Assembly: GCA_018670085.1 (NCBI GenBank)
Contig: JABHRS010000008.1
Coordinates: forward strand, 70,136-134,135
Length of the DNA stretch: 64,000 nt
Source: an archaeon
Lineage (GTDB): Archaea; Nanobdellota; Nanobdellia; Woesearchaeales; GW2011-AR9
Direction: 5' to 3'
Shown here: one piece after another, positions 52,998 through 62,466 of the stretch
How positions within the stretch are numbered: the stretch's first letter is position 1
Layout: each line of letters begins with the position of its first letter
Program-made: the position numbers and the translations under genes
The notes under the pieces: generated by a model
Databases searched by the model: none
Seen by the model: the letters and a program-made list of their open reading frames with translations, nothing else
What the model was told of the DNA's origin: nothing

Positions 52998-54100
52998 ACT
53001 TGTTCTAGATCAATTGCAATTTTTTCTGTTGTAAACTTGATGGCAGAATTGTGACCTTGTTCTAATGTTTCTAACTGTTCTTTACTGCCGTGAAGATTTA
53101 AAGATTTTATTATTGACTTTGCAAGTTCAGCTGGATTATTCTTTTTGAAGATTGTTGCAAACCCAGAGGCTGCTTCTGGAAGTGCACCATTATTGGCAAT
53201 TACAAGTGGAATTTTATTCAAGAGACCTTCAATTATTACATTTCCAAATCCTTCGTCACGAGAGGGAATGATCATAGTAGAACTATTTTGGTAAATCTTT
53301 GCTTTTTCGGTCCCACGTTTGTATCCTAAAAATTCAATACAATCTTGAAGGTGATTTATTTTGCATATTTTTTTGAGTTTGTTAGTATATTTTTCTGAAC
53401 CATTTCCTACAATCTGAAGTTTAGCAGATGGGATTTGTTTTTTGACTTCTTTCATTGATTTGATTAGAAGATCAACTCCTTTTTGGTGAGAAAGTCTGCC
53501 AATGTAGAGAATATTTTTGGCACTTTGTGTGATTATTTCTTTGGTGCCAAGATATCTTGGAGCAGGAATTTGGTTGTACACTACTGAAGATTTATTTTTT
53601 ACTAATTTGAATCTCCATTTGTTTTGGAGATATTTGGAGATGAAAGTTGTATGATCATAGAATGGAAGAAATAATTGCATTGCTGTGAGATAAATTGAGG
53701 CTAGAATTTTCATTGGTACTGAGCCTTCAGTAAAGGAGTTGTGGATTGTCAGAACTATTGGGATTCTGTTCATTTTTGCATGTAACAGACTGAGCTCTGG
53801 AATGAAAGAAGCGTAATGGTGCGTGTGGATAATATCTGGTTTTAGATTTTTTAGCTCTGTTGTGAAATTTTTTAGGATCTTGGTGGAATTTGTCAATTTG
53901 ATCTTTGATGGTAATTGAATTACTTTGATATTATTCCAAATAAACTCCTGACGTGTATCGGTTCTGGATCCACAGAGAAGGGTGACTTGATGTCCACGTT
54001 TGGCTAGGGAGACTAAACCCCACTTTTGTGCGAAGCTATGTTTTGATTCATCGTTTTGATCAATGTACATATTGTCAATGTATGTGTGTACTATGTTCAT
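52979..54100 (-). CDS. GT4-family (group 1) glycosyltransferase
   Basis: IIPSRDEGFGNVIIEGLLNKIPLVIANNGALPE. Its 3' end overlaps the convergent GT gene by 19 nt. Confidence 0.8.
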   Translation of the reverse strand: MNIVHTYIDNMYIDQNDESKHSFAQKWGLVSLAKRGHQVTLLCGSRTDTRQEFIWNNIKVIQLPSKIKLTNSTKILKNFTTELKNLKPDIIHTHHYASFIPELSLLHAKMNRIPIVLTIHNSFTEGSVPMKILASIYLTAMQLFLPFYDHTTFISKYLQNKWRFKLVKNKSSVVYNQIPAPRYLGTKEIITQSAKNILYIGRLSHQKGVDLLIKSMKEVKKQIPSAKLQIVGNGSEKYTNKLKKICKINHLQDCIEFLGYKRGTEKAKIYQNSSTMIIPSRDEGFGNVIIEGLLNKIPLVIANNGALPEAASGFATIFKKNNPAELAKSIIKSLNLHGSKEQLETLEQGHNSAIKFTTEKIAIDLEQVYTSLL

Positions 54101-54192
54101 AAAATATAAAATTGCTATATTGTTTTAAAATGCTTGTGAATAAAGCGATTAGTTGCAAAAATTATATAAACAACTATTTAGGGTAATTATTT

Positions 54193-54447
54193 ATGCCAGA
54201 ATTAAATTTACAAATTAAAGATGAAGATTTTGAAGTATTAAAATCAAGAGCAATAGCTCAAGGTTTCTCTGATGTTGAATCTTATTTATTGGATCTTGTT
54301 GGGCAGGTTTTGTTGCAAATTAAAGAAGATATACCAAAAGTTGAGTCAACTGATTCTGAAGATGCTAAACATTCGAAGAATCCAGATTCTGAAATAGACC
54401 CTGATCAAGCAGCTAAAGATGTTTTGCGGGATTTGGGATATATCTGA
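54193..54447 (+). CDS. small acidic protein with a possible ribbon-helix-helix N-terminus
   Basis: LNLQIKDEDFEVLKSRAIAQGFSDVESYLLDLV has the strand-helix-helix pattern of CopG/Arc-type proteins. The acidic tail looks disordered. Confidence 0.4.
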   Translation: MPELNLQIKDEDFEVLKSRAIAQGFSDVESYLLDLVGQVLLQIKEDIPKVESTDSEDAKHSKNPDSEIDPDQAAKDVLRDLGYI

Positions 54448-54605
54448 TTTTTCTTCTTATTCTTATGATTCTTTAAACCAATTTTATGTTTTTCTTCATT
54501 TATTTTTCTGAATCTGAATTGTGCTCCACATCTAAGTTTAATAAGACTTATAAGCTGAAATTTCAGATCAATTTCTGATATATTTGAATTATAAGAGGAA
54601 TAACT

Positions 54606-55919
54606 ATGAAAACAGGATATGATGGATTAAAAACAGTTTACGTTGGAATGTGTGCAGATTTGATACACCACGGACATATTAATATTATAAATCAAGCAAG
54701 ACAATATGGTGAGGTGATCGTAGGGCTCTTAACAGATCAAGCAATTTCTAGTTACAAAAGATTACCTGCTTTAACATTTGCACAGCGGAAAACTATTGTA
54801 GAAAATTTGCGTGGAGTTGCTGAAGTTATCCCTCAACACAGCCTAAGTTATGTTGATAATTTGCGAAGATTGAAACCACACTTTGTTGTACATGGTGATG
54901 ATTGGAAAAATGGAGTTCAAAGAGAAACAAGACAACTTGTAATTGATACATTGTCTGAATGGGGTGGACAATTAATTGAGGTTCCTTATACTAAAGATAT
55001 TTCTTCAACTAAGTTGCATAGAGGAATGAAAGAGATTGGAACAACACCAGAAATGAGAATGAAAAAACTTCGTAGACTTTTGGATGTGAAAGATATTGTT
55101 AGAGTTTTGGAAGCACATAATGGATTAAGTGGATTAATTGTTGAAAATACTGCTGTCCTCAAAGAAGGTAGAGCAAAAGTGTTTGATGCAATGTGGATTA
55201 GTAGTTTAACAGATTCAACTGCGAAAGGAAAACCAGATATTGAACTTGTTCAAAGAATGGATACTCTACATCAAGTAATTGAAGCTACTAGTAAACCTAT
55301 AATTGTCGATGGAGACACAGGTGGACGAGTGGAACATTTTGTTTTCACCGTTCGAAGTTTAGAGCGGCTTGGAGTTTCAGCTGTAATTATTGAAGACAAA
55401 GTAGGTCTTAAGAAAAATTCATTATTTGGAACTGGTGCAAATCAAAAACAAGATACTATTGAAAATTTTTCTTATAAAATTAACAGTGGGAAAAAAGCAC
55501 AGGTTACAGATGATTTTATGATTATTGCAAGAATTGAAAGTTTGATTTTGAAAGCTGGACTTGAAGACGCTTTAGCTCGTGCTAAAGCATATATCGAAGC
55601 TGGAGCTGACGGAATCATGATTCACAGTAAAGAGAAAGAATCTACTGAGATTTTAGAATTTTGTAGTAGGTATAAGATGTTTGATAGAAAGGTCCCATTA
55701 GTTGTGGTACCTTCTACTTATTGTCATATTACTGAGAATGAATTGATTGAAAATGGAATTAGTGTAGTAATTTATGCAAACCATTTGCTTCGTAGCGCTT
55801 ACCCTGCTATGCAAAAAACTGCTGAGTCAATTCTGATGGAGAGTCGAAGTTTAGAGGCTAGTACAACCCATTGTATGCCGATAAAGGAGATTTTGACTTT
55901 GATACCAGGTGGTAAGTGA
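54606..55919 (+). CDS. pepM: bifunctional cytidylyltransferase / phosphoenolpyruvate mutase (Fom1- or PntC-PepM-like fusion)
   Basis: N-terminus [15 protein letters not shown] (HxGH) and [10 protein letters not shown] (RTxGISTT-like). C-terminus [28 protein letters not shown] (EDKxxxKxNS PepM signature) and IARIES. Confidence 0.85.
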   Translation: MKTGYDGLKTVYVGMCADLIHHGHINIINQARQYGEVIVGLLTDQAISSYKRLPALTFAQRKTIVENLRGVAEVIPQHSLSYVDNLRRLKPHFVVHGDDWKNGVQRETRQLVIDTLSEWGGQLIEVPYTKDISSTKLHRGMKEIGTTPEMRMKKLRRLLDVKDIVRVLEAHNGLSGLIVENTAVLKEGRAKVFDAMWISSLTDSTAKGKPDIELVQRMDTLHQVIEATSKPIIVDGDTGGRVEHFVFTVRSLERLGVSAVIIEDKVGLKKNSLFGTGANQKQDTIENFSYKINSGKKAQVTDDFMIIARIESLILKAGLEDALARAKAYIEAGADGIMIHSKEKESTEILEFCSRYKMFDRKVPLVVVPSTYCHITENELIENGISVVIYANHLLRSAYPAMQKTAESILMESRSLEASTTHCMPIKEILTLIPGGK

Positions 55920-56044
55920 TCTATTTATTCTTTCTTTTTTTAATTCTTTTTTTAATCAATTTGATCTTGAAAATTCATAAGATTTAAAAGGTAACTCTCA
56001 ACTAGTAGTGTCATAAATGTACAACATTTTGGAGATGAAAAACT

Positions 56045-57172
56045 ATGATTAAACCACAAATTTTTTATGATACTTTATCAGAGCATGGCTTAAACACATT
56101 TGCAGGAGTACCTGATTCTTTACTAAAAGCGCTTTGTGCGTATGTTGCTGATAATGCTGCGCCACAGAATAATGTGACTACAGCAAACGAAGGTAACGCA
56201 ATTGGTTTTGCAGCTGGACACTACATGGCTACAGGAAAACCTGCAGTTGTATACATGCAAAATTCTGGGCTTGGAAACACTGTGAACCCACTTACATCTT
56301 TAACAGATCCTCAAGCTTATTCAATTCCAGCATTGTTGATTGTTGGATGGAGAGGAGAACCAGATGTAAAGGATGAACCTCAACATAAAAAGATGGGAGA
56401 GATTACATGTAGTCAATTAGATTTACTTGGAATCCCATATAGTGTGATTGACAAAGATACTGCTAATGTTGCAGATATAATTCAAACAGCATCAAAACAT
56501 ATGGCAGAAAAAAATAGTCCATATGCAATTGTTGTTAGGAAGGGAGCGTTTGAAGCATACAAGTTACAGAGTATTGTTACTACAAGTTTTGAATTAAGTC
56601 GTGAAGATGCTGTAAAATTAGTTGCAGATTCAGTTGATGAAAGTGGAGTTATTGTTTCAACTACTGGAAAAACTTCTCGTGAATTATTTGAACATCGTGT
56701 ATCAAAAGGCCAAGGGCATGAAAAAGACTTTTTGTCAATTGGTTCAATGGGACATGCATCTTCTATTGCACTTGCTATTGCGCTTGCGAAACCTGAACGT
56801 CAAGTATATTGTTTTGACGGTGACGGAGCTGCATTAATGCATATGGGTTCATTGCCAGTTATCGCAGGACTAAGTCCTTCAAACTATAAACACATTGTAT
56901 TCAACAATGGGGCACATGATTCTGTTGGTGGACAACCAACTGTTGGACATGGAATTGATTTACCAGCAATTGCTTTAGCTTCAGGGTATAAAGCTGCGTT
57001 TAAGGCGGAAACAGCAGAAGAAGTTCGTGCACGTTTATCTGAGATGCAGAAAATGGATGGACCAGTTCTTTTGGAAATTTTAGTGAATAAAGGCGCAAGA
57101 AGCGATTTGGGTAGACCAACTAACACTCCGCATGGGAATAGGGCTGCGTTTATGGCTGCTTTGAAAGGGTAA
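56045..57172 (+). CDS. ppd: phosphonopyruvate decarboxylase (ThDP-dependent)
   Basis: 375 aa. ThDP motif GDGAALMHMGSLPV...FNNGAHDSVGGQ. N-terminal PYR-domain pattern FAGVPDSLLK. Genomic context next to pepM. Confidence 0.8.
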   Translation: MIKPQIFYDTLSEHGLNTFAGVPDSLLKALCAYVADNAAPQNNVTTANEGNAIGFAAGHYMATGKPAVVYMQNSGLGNTVNPLTSLTDPQAYSIPALLIVGWRGEPDVKDEPQHKKMGEITCSQLDLLGIPYSVIDKDTANVADIIQTASKHMAEKNSPYAIVVRKGAFEAYKLQSIVTTSFELSREDAVKLVADSVDESGVIVSTTGKTSRELFEHRVSKGQGHEKDFLSIGSMGHASSIALAIALAKPERQVYCFDGDGAALMHMGSLPVIAGLSPSNYKHIVFNNGAHDSVGGQPTVGHGIDLPAIALASGYKAAFKAETAEEVRARLSEMQKMDGPVLLEILVNKGARSDLGRPTNTPHGNRAAFMAALKG

Positions 57173-57211
57173 ATTTTTTAAAGTTCTTTTTTATTTTTAT
57201 TTTTATTGATT

Positions 57212-58339
57212 ATGGTAGTTGAACAAATAATATATACAGGTATTGAGCAAATTCAAAGTATTTTAGAATCTGCACTTGTGAAAGATGTTTTCTTAGTTAC
57301 TGGTAATAGGTCTTACGAACTAAGTGGTGCTAAGGAACAATTAGAAACTTTGCTATCTGACTATAATGTAACTGAGTTTTCTGATTTTGAAAAGAATCCT
57401 AAAGTTGAAGATTTAAGACGAGGAATTGAAAAATATCGTAATTCTAACTCAAACATTGTATTAGCAGTTGGTGGGGGAAGTGTTTTAGATATGGGAAAAT
57501 CAATTGCTTTACTTGCAGGACAATCTTTGGACCCTGAAGAATATATTACAAAGCGAAGTGCAATCGTTGGAGAAAGTGTTCCATTGATCGCAGTACCAAC
57601 AACATCAGGCAGTGGGAGCGAAGCAACACATTTTGCAGTTGTTTATATTAACAAACAAAAATATTCGTTGGCGCATCAAAGTATGTTACCAAAGTATGTG
57701 GTATTGGATTCCAAATTGACTGAAAGTTTGCCAGTTTCGATCACAGCTTCAACTACCATGGATGCCTTTTCTCAGGGGATGGAATCTTATTGGAGCGTAG
57801 CATCAACTGATGAATCAAAAAGTTACGCTAAAGGTGCTTTGGAATTAATTATGAAACATGGAGTTGCAAATGTTAATAATCCTAACTCTGAGACTAGAGC
57901 TGCTATACAAATTGCTGCTAACTTGGCTGGAAAAGCAATTAATATTTCTAAGACAACGGCTTGTCATGCAATCTCTTACACCTTTACTTCATATTTTGGA
58001 ATCCCTCATGGACATGCGGTTGGTTTGACGCTTGCTTCACTTTTTGAGTATAATGCAGCTGTTAGTTTGGATGATTGTAATGATCCGCGTGGATCTGAGT
58101 ATGTTCAAGGAGTGTTTTCTGACTTGAGAAATTTTTTGGGTGTTAATAGTTCAGCTGAAGCTGTCAGTAAAATCAATTCTTTGATGACAGATATGGGACT
58201 AGAGACTTCTTTGTCAGTTCTTGGAATTGGTGATTGTTCTGAAATTGCAGTTAAGAATGTGAATTTGGAGCGACTGGGAAATAATCCAAGGAAAATTGGC
58301 GCAGAAGAGATTAAAGAAGTGATATTGGGAATTCAGTGA
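57212..58339 (+). CDS. group III iron-dependent alcohol dehydrogenase (phosphonoacetaldehyde reductase candidate)
   Basis: AVGGGSVLDMGK and the His-rich metal site region CHAISY...PHGHAV. The ORF track starts at TTG 57206. Context follows pepM-ppd. Confidence 0.7.
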   Translation: MVVEQIIYTGIEQIQSILESALVKDVFLVTGNRSYELSGAKEQLETLLSDYNVTEFSDFEKNPKVEDLRRGIEKYRNSNSNIVLAVGGGSVLDMGKSIALLAGQSLDPEEYITKRSAIVGESVPLIAVPTTSGSGSEATHFAVVYINKQKYSLAHQSMLPKYVVLDSKLTESLPVSITASTTMDAFSQGMESYWSVASTDESKSYAKGALELIMKHGVANVNNPNSETRAAIQIAANLAGKAINISKTTACHAISYTFTSYFGIPHGHAVGLTLASLFEYNAAVSLDDCNDPRGSEYVQGVFSDLRNFLGVNSSAEAVSKINSLMTDMGLETSLSVLGIGDCSEIAVKNVNLERLGNNPRKIGAEEIKEVILGIQ

Positions 58340-58351
58340 TTGATGTTAAAA

Positions 58352-59512
58352 TTACTCTAAACTGATGTCTGCTTGTTGCTTTAAATGTTCTAACAGTTTT
58401 GTTCGGAGTTCTTGGAACTCAGCGTCTTGCTGCATGGTTTCAAATAAATTGTTTGTTTCTTGCGGGTCTTTTATGAGGTCGTAATACTCCCATGTTTTGG
58501 TTGTGTTGTTAAAAATTATTTTTTTGTTCTTGAACCTTAATGCAAATAAGTTATGTCTTTTTGGTGATGGGTTAGGTCCACCTAAACCGCCAGTTTCTAG
58601 ATAAGCTGGACGCTCTTGAATCTCTTCATTCTCAGCAACTAGTAGTGATTGACCTTGCATTTTTTTACTGGAATCTTTTGGAATTTGAAGCATTTCTAAC
58701 AATGTTGGAAGGATATCAATTGTTCTGACTTGCTGATTGATTTTTTTAATTGGAAGACTTGGTCCTTTGATACAAGCCCAGACTTTTGTTGTATAATCGT
58801 ATAAATATGTGCCATACATTTTTTCACCTGGTTTCTCGCCGCAACTAGTACCATGGTCAGCATGAATCATTAGAACTGTATTCTTGTCAAGTCCAGTCTT
58901 TTTTAGGTGTTCTTGAAGATCATTTAGAAACTTATCACAACCTTGAATTGATTTTTCATATTTTTGAAAGTTTTCATCTTGATTTGAGAAATATGTTTTA
59001 TCAAAATCATCTAAACCTTTGGTATGTTCAACAGAATAATGATGAATTTTACTGTATTGGAAATAGATGAAAAACGGCTGCTGATTTGTTTTTTGATTTT
59101 CTTGCTGCTTTTGAATTCCGGAATCGATGTGGGAGATGATTCTGGTTTTGAACTCAGTCTCTTCACTTTTGTGAGGATGTGTCTCATCAAATTCTTTGGT
59201 GGGAAATAAGTTAACATTTAATGCATCAAATATACAGTAATAATTTTGTTCTTTGAGGTATTCTACTAATGTTTTGGCAACTGTGTAGTCGAATTTGAAT
59301 ATGTTAAAATAAGCGTTCACTCCATGATTATAAGGGTAAAGTCCAGAAAACATAGATGTTAAGGAACCGATTGTGTATGGAACTGCAGTTACTAAATTTG
59401 AGAGGAAAAAACTTTCATCCATCATTTTTTTAATTGCTGGAATCTGCTCAATCTTGTCTCGTCTTAGTCCATCAAGGGTTACAACAATTAAATTTGGCTT
59501 TTGCTGATGCAT
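58352..59512 (-). CDS. alkaline-phosphatase-superfamily (sulfatase-like) hydrolase/transferase
   Basis: NLIVVTLDGLRRD, PYTIGSLTSMFSGLYP (Ser/Thr where sulfatases have CxPxR) and IHADHGTSCGE. Confidence 0.7.
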   Translation of the reverse strand: MHQQKPNLIVVTLDGLRRDKIEQIPAIKKMMDESFFLSNLVTAVPYTIGSLTSMFSGLYPYNHGVNAYFNIFKFDYTVAKTLVEYLKEQNYYCIFDALNVNLFPTKEFDETHPHKSEETEFKTRIISHIDSGIQKQQENQKTNQQPFFIYFQYSKIHHYSVEHTKGLDDFDKTYFSNQDENFQKYEKSIQGCDKFLNDLQEHLKKTGLDKNTVLMIHADHGTSCGEKPGEKMYGTYLYDYTTKVWACIKGPSLPIKKINQQVRTIDILPTLLEMLQIPKDSSKKMQGQSLLVAENEEIQERPAYLETGGLGGPNPSPKRHNLFALRFKNKKIIFNNTTKTWEYYDLIKDPQETNNLFETMQQDAEFQELRTKLLEHLKQQADISLE

Positions 59513-59605
59513 AGCTGGATATTGGATTTTTTGTTTATAAGAGTTATGGATTGCTGATAATAGAAATATTCTGTAGATAATTTGGATAATATAGATTTTG
59601 TAGAA

Positions 59606-61138
59606 TTAGATCTTTAATTTTTTGAATATTCTCTCTGTTGGGTTCCTCTTTGGTCTTACTTGATTGTATGTTCTGTTGAAAACATTCAAATTTTTTCCAT
59701 CTAAATTATTTGGAATTGAAAAATAATCTAACACAGTAGGAGCGATATCACACATTTCTCCTGTGATTCTCTTTCCAATTTCTGTTTTTTCTGGATCATT
59801 GTTTTTTGTATAAGCTAAGAAAAAAGCCTTACTGTCATGAAATTGAGCTTTTTTGTGGATAATAGTTTTGTCTGTGATCACATTGTCAAAATCATACTTA
59901 TCAATAATTTCAATTAGAATATGTCCAAACCGCCGATGAAGTGTTTCAATTTTCTTTGGATCAGAAACAGAATAATAATCCTCAGTGTTATAACAACGCA
60001 GGTCAAGTTCTGTTTCAATTATTTTTTTGATTTCTTCTTTGGTTTTTTCCCTTTGTTCTTTATTTTCTTCAAGTAACTTAATGATTGGAACGTGTTTTAA
60101 TTCTGCTACTGCTTTTGTAAGATTGCGATCAATTTTTAATCCTTTTTTATTCACAGGATCGTATGGCAAATATCCTCGGATTAGACGGTACCATTTTTTT
60201 GAGAGGTTATGCAGTGGACCATACTCTTTGATTTTTTTAACTAAATAATCAAAAAATATTTCAGTTTTTTTGTATTTGATAGCTTTACTATTCCCATCTT
60301 TGTCTTGAACTGTTGTTTTTTCGATCAAGTATCCATTTTGTTTTAGTAGACAATTGATGTGCAGAACCCCATCAAAGATACTAGACCCATGGTCACTAAA
60401 AAGCATAAAATCATCTTCTGATTGAATTTCTTCGATCATCCATTTGATGATATTGTCTATTCTGGTGAGAGTTTTTTTAGCAATCTTAGTTTCAGCTGAA
60501 TTTTTTTTAGCAATCAGATCTAGTAGGACTTTGTGTTGAATCCAATCGATCACGGCAAATTGAAAAAATAGTAAATCATACTCTTTGGTTTTTTTGTTAT
60601 GTAACATAACTTCTTTGAGAATTTTTTGGTTATTGATAACAGTTTGATCCATGTGTTCAAGGGCACCCAAAATACTTTTTGCTTTCCATTTAGTGTTGAT
60701 GTAGTCATTGATTGAAGGAAATTTTGACTTAAGAGATGCTGGTTTACAAGTCCCTTGAACTGTGGATGCGTCAAAAATATTTCTAACAATATCACCTTTG
60801 ATTTTGGTACTTCTAGAAAAAGGAAGATCCATTAAAAACATTTTATTGTTGGCTTTTTCAATGGTTTCATAAAAAAATTCTTCTGTAATATCCTCTTCTT
60901 TTACTAACTGTAATTCTCCTTCTTTGTCATAGAAACAATTAGCTACAAATCCATGTTTTCCAATACTTTTTCCAGTAAAAATAGAGGTCCAAGAAGATCC
61001 TGAAAGGTAGGGATTCACACCTTTAAGAGTTGCATGGAAACTTCTGTCTCTTAAGGAATATAAATATGGCATGGATTCTTTACAGAGTTCCAACAGTTCT
61101 TCATTCATTCCATCTAAACCAAGGATAATTAGGGCCAT
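59606..61138 (-). CDS. alkaline-phosphatase-superfamily (type I phosphodiesterase / nucleotide pyrophosphatase-like) protein
   Basis: MALIILGLDGMN, YLSGSSWTSIFTGKS and LFSDHGSS. Confidence 0.65.
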   Translation of the reverse strand: MALIILGLDGMNEELLELCKESMPYLYSLRDRSFHATLKGVNPYLSGSSWTSIFTGKSIGKHGFVANCFYDKEGELQLVKEEDITEEFFYETIEKANNKMFLMDLPFSRSTKIKGDIVRNIFDASTVQGTCKPASLKSKFPSINDYINTKWKAKSILGALEHMDQTVINNQKILKEVMLHNKKTKEYDLLFFQFAVIDWIQHKVLLDLIAKKNSAETKIAKKTLTRIDNIIKWMIEEIQSEDDFMLFSDHGSSIFDGVLHINCLLKQNGYLIEKTTVQDKDGNSKAIKYKKTEIFFDYLVKKIKEYGPLHNLSKKWYRLIRGYLPYDPVNKKGLKIDRNLTKAVAELKHVPIIKLLEENKEQREKTKEEIKKIIETELDLRCYNTEDYYSVSDPKKIETLHRRFGHILIEIIDKYDFDNVITDKTIIHKKAQFHDSKAFFLAYTKNNDPEKTEIGKRITGEMCDIAPTVLDYFSIPNNLDGKNLNVFNRTYNQVRPKRNPTERIFKKLKI

Positions 61139-61220
61139 TTGCTGTTTTTATGAGCCTTGTTTTAAATATCTTGTGAAGAGATATATACTGATATAAGATA
61201 TTTATAAATATAAAAATCAA

Positions 61221-61274
61221 AATAATCTCACTAATAATCTCACTAATAATTTCACTAATCTCATTAATTTCACT
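61221..61274. repeat. tandem 12-mer array AATAATCTCACT x2, AATAATTTCACT, then AATCTCATT and AATTTCACT
   Basis: Read directly. It lies in the divergent intergenic region between 59606-61138 (-) and 61342-62463 (+). Confidence 0.7.
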
Positions 61275-61341
61275 TTTTTATCCGGTCAGTGACTATAACT
61301 TATTCATAAGTTTAATAAAGCAAGATATGGCTGAAAATTAA

Positions 61342-62463
61342 GTGAAATATTGTAAAAAATGTGTTCAACCAGATACTAGGCCAAGTATTAAATTTGATGA
61401 GAACGGAATATGTCCTGCTTGCACTTATGTCGATAAAGCACAATATATTGACTGGGAAGAAAGGCAGCAAGAATTGCTCAAAATAGTTGAAAAGTATAAA
61501 AAACACAATAAAATAAATCATTATGATTGTATCATTGGTGTAAGTGGTGGAAAAGATAGTCTTCGTCAGGCAATGTATGTTAAAGATGTTCTAAAATTAA
61601 AGGCACTGCTTGTTTCTTGTACTTACCCTCCTGAACAACAAACAGAACGAGGAGCATATAATCTTGCAAATATGATTAAACTTGGTTTTGATACAATCTC
61701 TATTGGACCAAGCCCAAAAATTTGGAAACGTTTAATGCGACAGGGATTTTTGAAGTATGGGAATTGGGCAAAATCAACAGAAATGGCACTTTTTGCGAGT
61801 GTTCCACGTCTGGCAATTGCGTATCATATTCCATTAATTCTTTGGGGTGACAATCCAGCAATTCAATTTGGAAATTTAGGAGCAGGTTCAATGACTTGGG
61901 ATGGTAACCGAGCAAAAAATACTAACACACTTTCTGGAGGACCTGATGTTTTAATTGAAGAGGATATGCAAGAAAATGAAATTATTTGGTATAGGTATCC
62001 AAGCGATGAAGAAATGGTTATGGCAAATTTACAAATTGTGTATTTAGGATATTTTTGGAGTGATTGGAGTAAAATAAATAATGCGAATTTTTCCATTGCA
62101 CATGGAATTGATATTAGACAAAAGAATTCTTTGAAACAAGGAGCATTGAACCAGTTTGAAGCGCTTGATGATGATTTTGTGGTAGTAAACCAAATGATCA
62201 AACACATTAAATTTGGATTTGGAAAAGTAAGTGATGAAGTTTGTGAAATGATTCGTTCTGGGTCTCTAACTCGTGAAGAAGGGTTCAAATTAGTTAAAAA
62301 ATACGATGGAAAATGTGACAACGAGTATGTTAAAAGGTTTTGTCAGTATATTGAAATTAGTGAAGAAAAATTTTGGGAAATTGTAGAGTCTTATAGAAAT
62401 TTAGAAATCTGGAAAAAAAATGAAAGTGGGGAATGGCAGTTAATAGATTTTCCAGATGTATAA
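61342..62463 (+). CDS. N-acetyl sugar amidotransferase (PP-loop; WbpG/WbuX/PseA-like)
   Basis: GTG start. Zn-ribbon CKKCVQPDTRPSIKFDENGICPAC and PP-loop IIGVSGGKDS. Confidence 0.75.
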   Translation: MKYCKKCVQPDTRPSIKFDENGICPACTYVDKAQYIDWEERQQELLKIVEKYKKHNKINHYDCIIGVSGGKDSLRQAMYVKDVLKLKALLVSCTYPPEQQTERGAYNLANMIKLGFDTISIGPSPKIWKRLMRQGFLKYGNWAKSTEMALFASVPRLAIAYHIPLILWGDNPAIQFGNLGAGSMTWDGNRAKNTNTLSGGPDVLIEEDMQENEIIWYRYPSDEEMVMANLQIVYLGYFWSDWSKINNANFSIAHGIDIRQKNSLKQGALNQFEALDDDFVVVNQMIKHIKFGFGKVSDEVCEMIRSGSLTREEGFKLVKKYDGKCDNEYVKRFCQYIEISEEKFWEIVESYRNLEIWKKNESGEWQLIDFPDV

Positions 62464-62466
62464 AAA

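Noticed and set aside
54606-58339. Fosfomycin or methylphosphonate biosynthesis
   Set aside because: Only the first three steps (Fom1-like, Ppd, ADH) are present. No radical-SAM methyltransferase (Fom3), epoxidase (Fom4/HppE) or MpnS/HEPD-type dioxygenase ORF exists in the window. A glycan-bound HEP is therefore the more economical reading.
61863-62321. 152-aa minus-strand ORF (and 61700-61915, 71 aa)
   Set aside because: It is antisense to the well-supported PP-loop amidotransferase gene and is a by-product of its codon bias.
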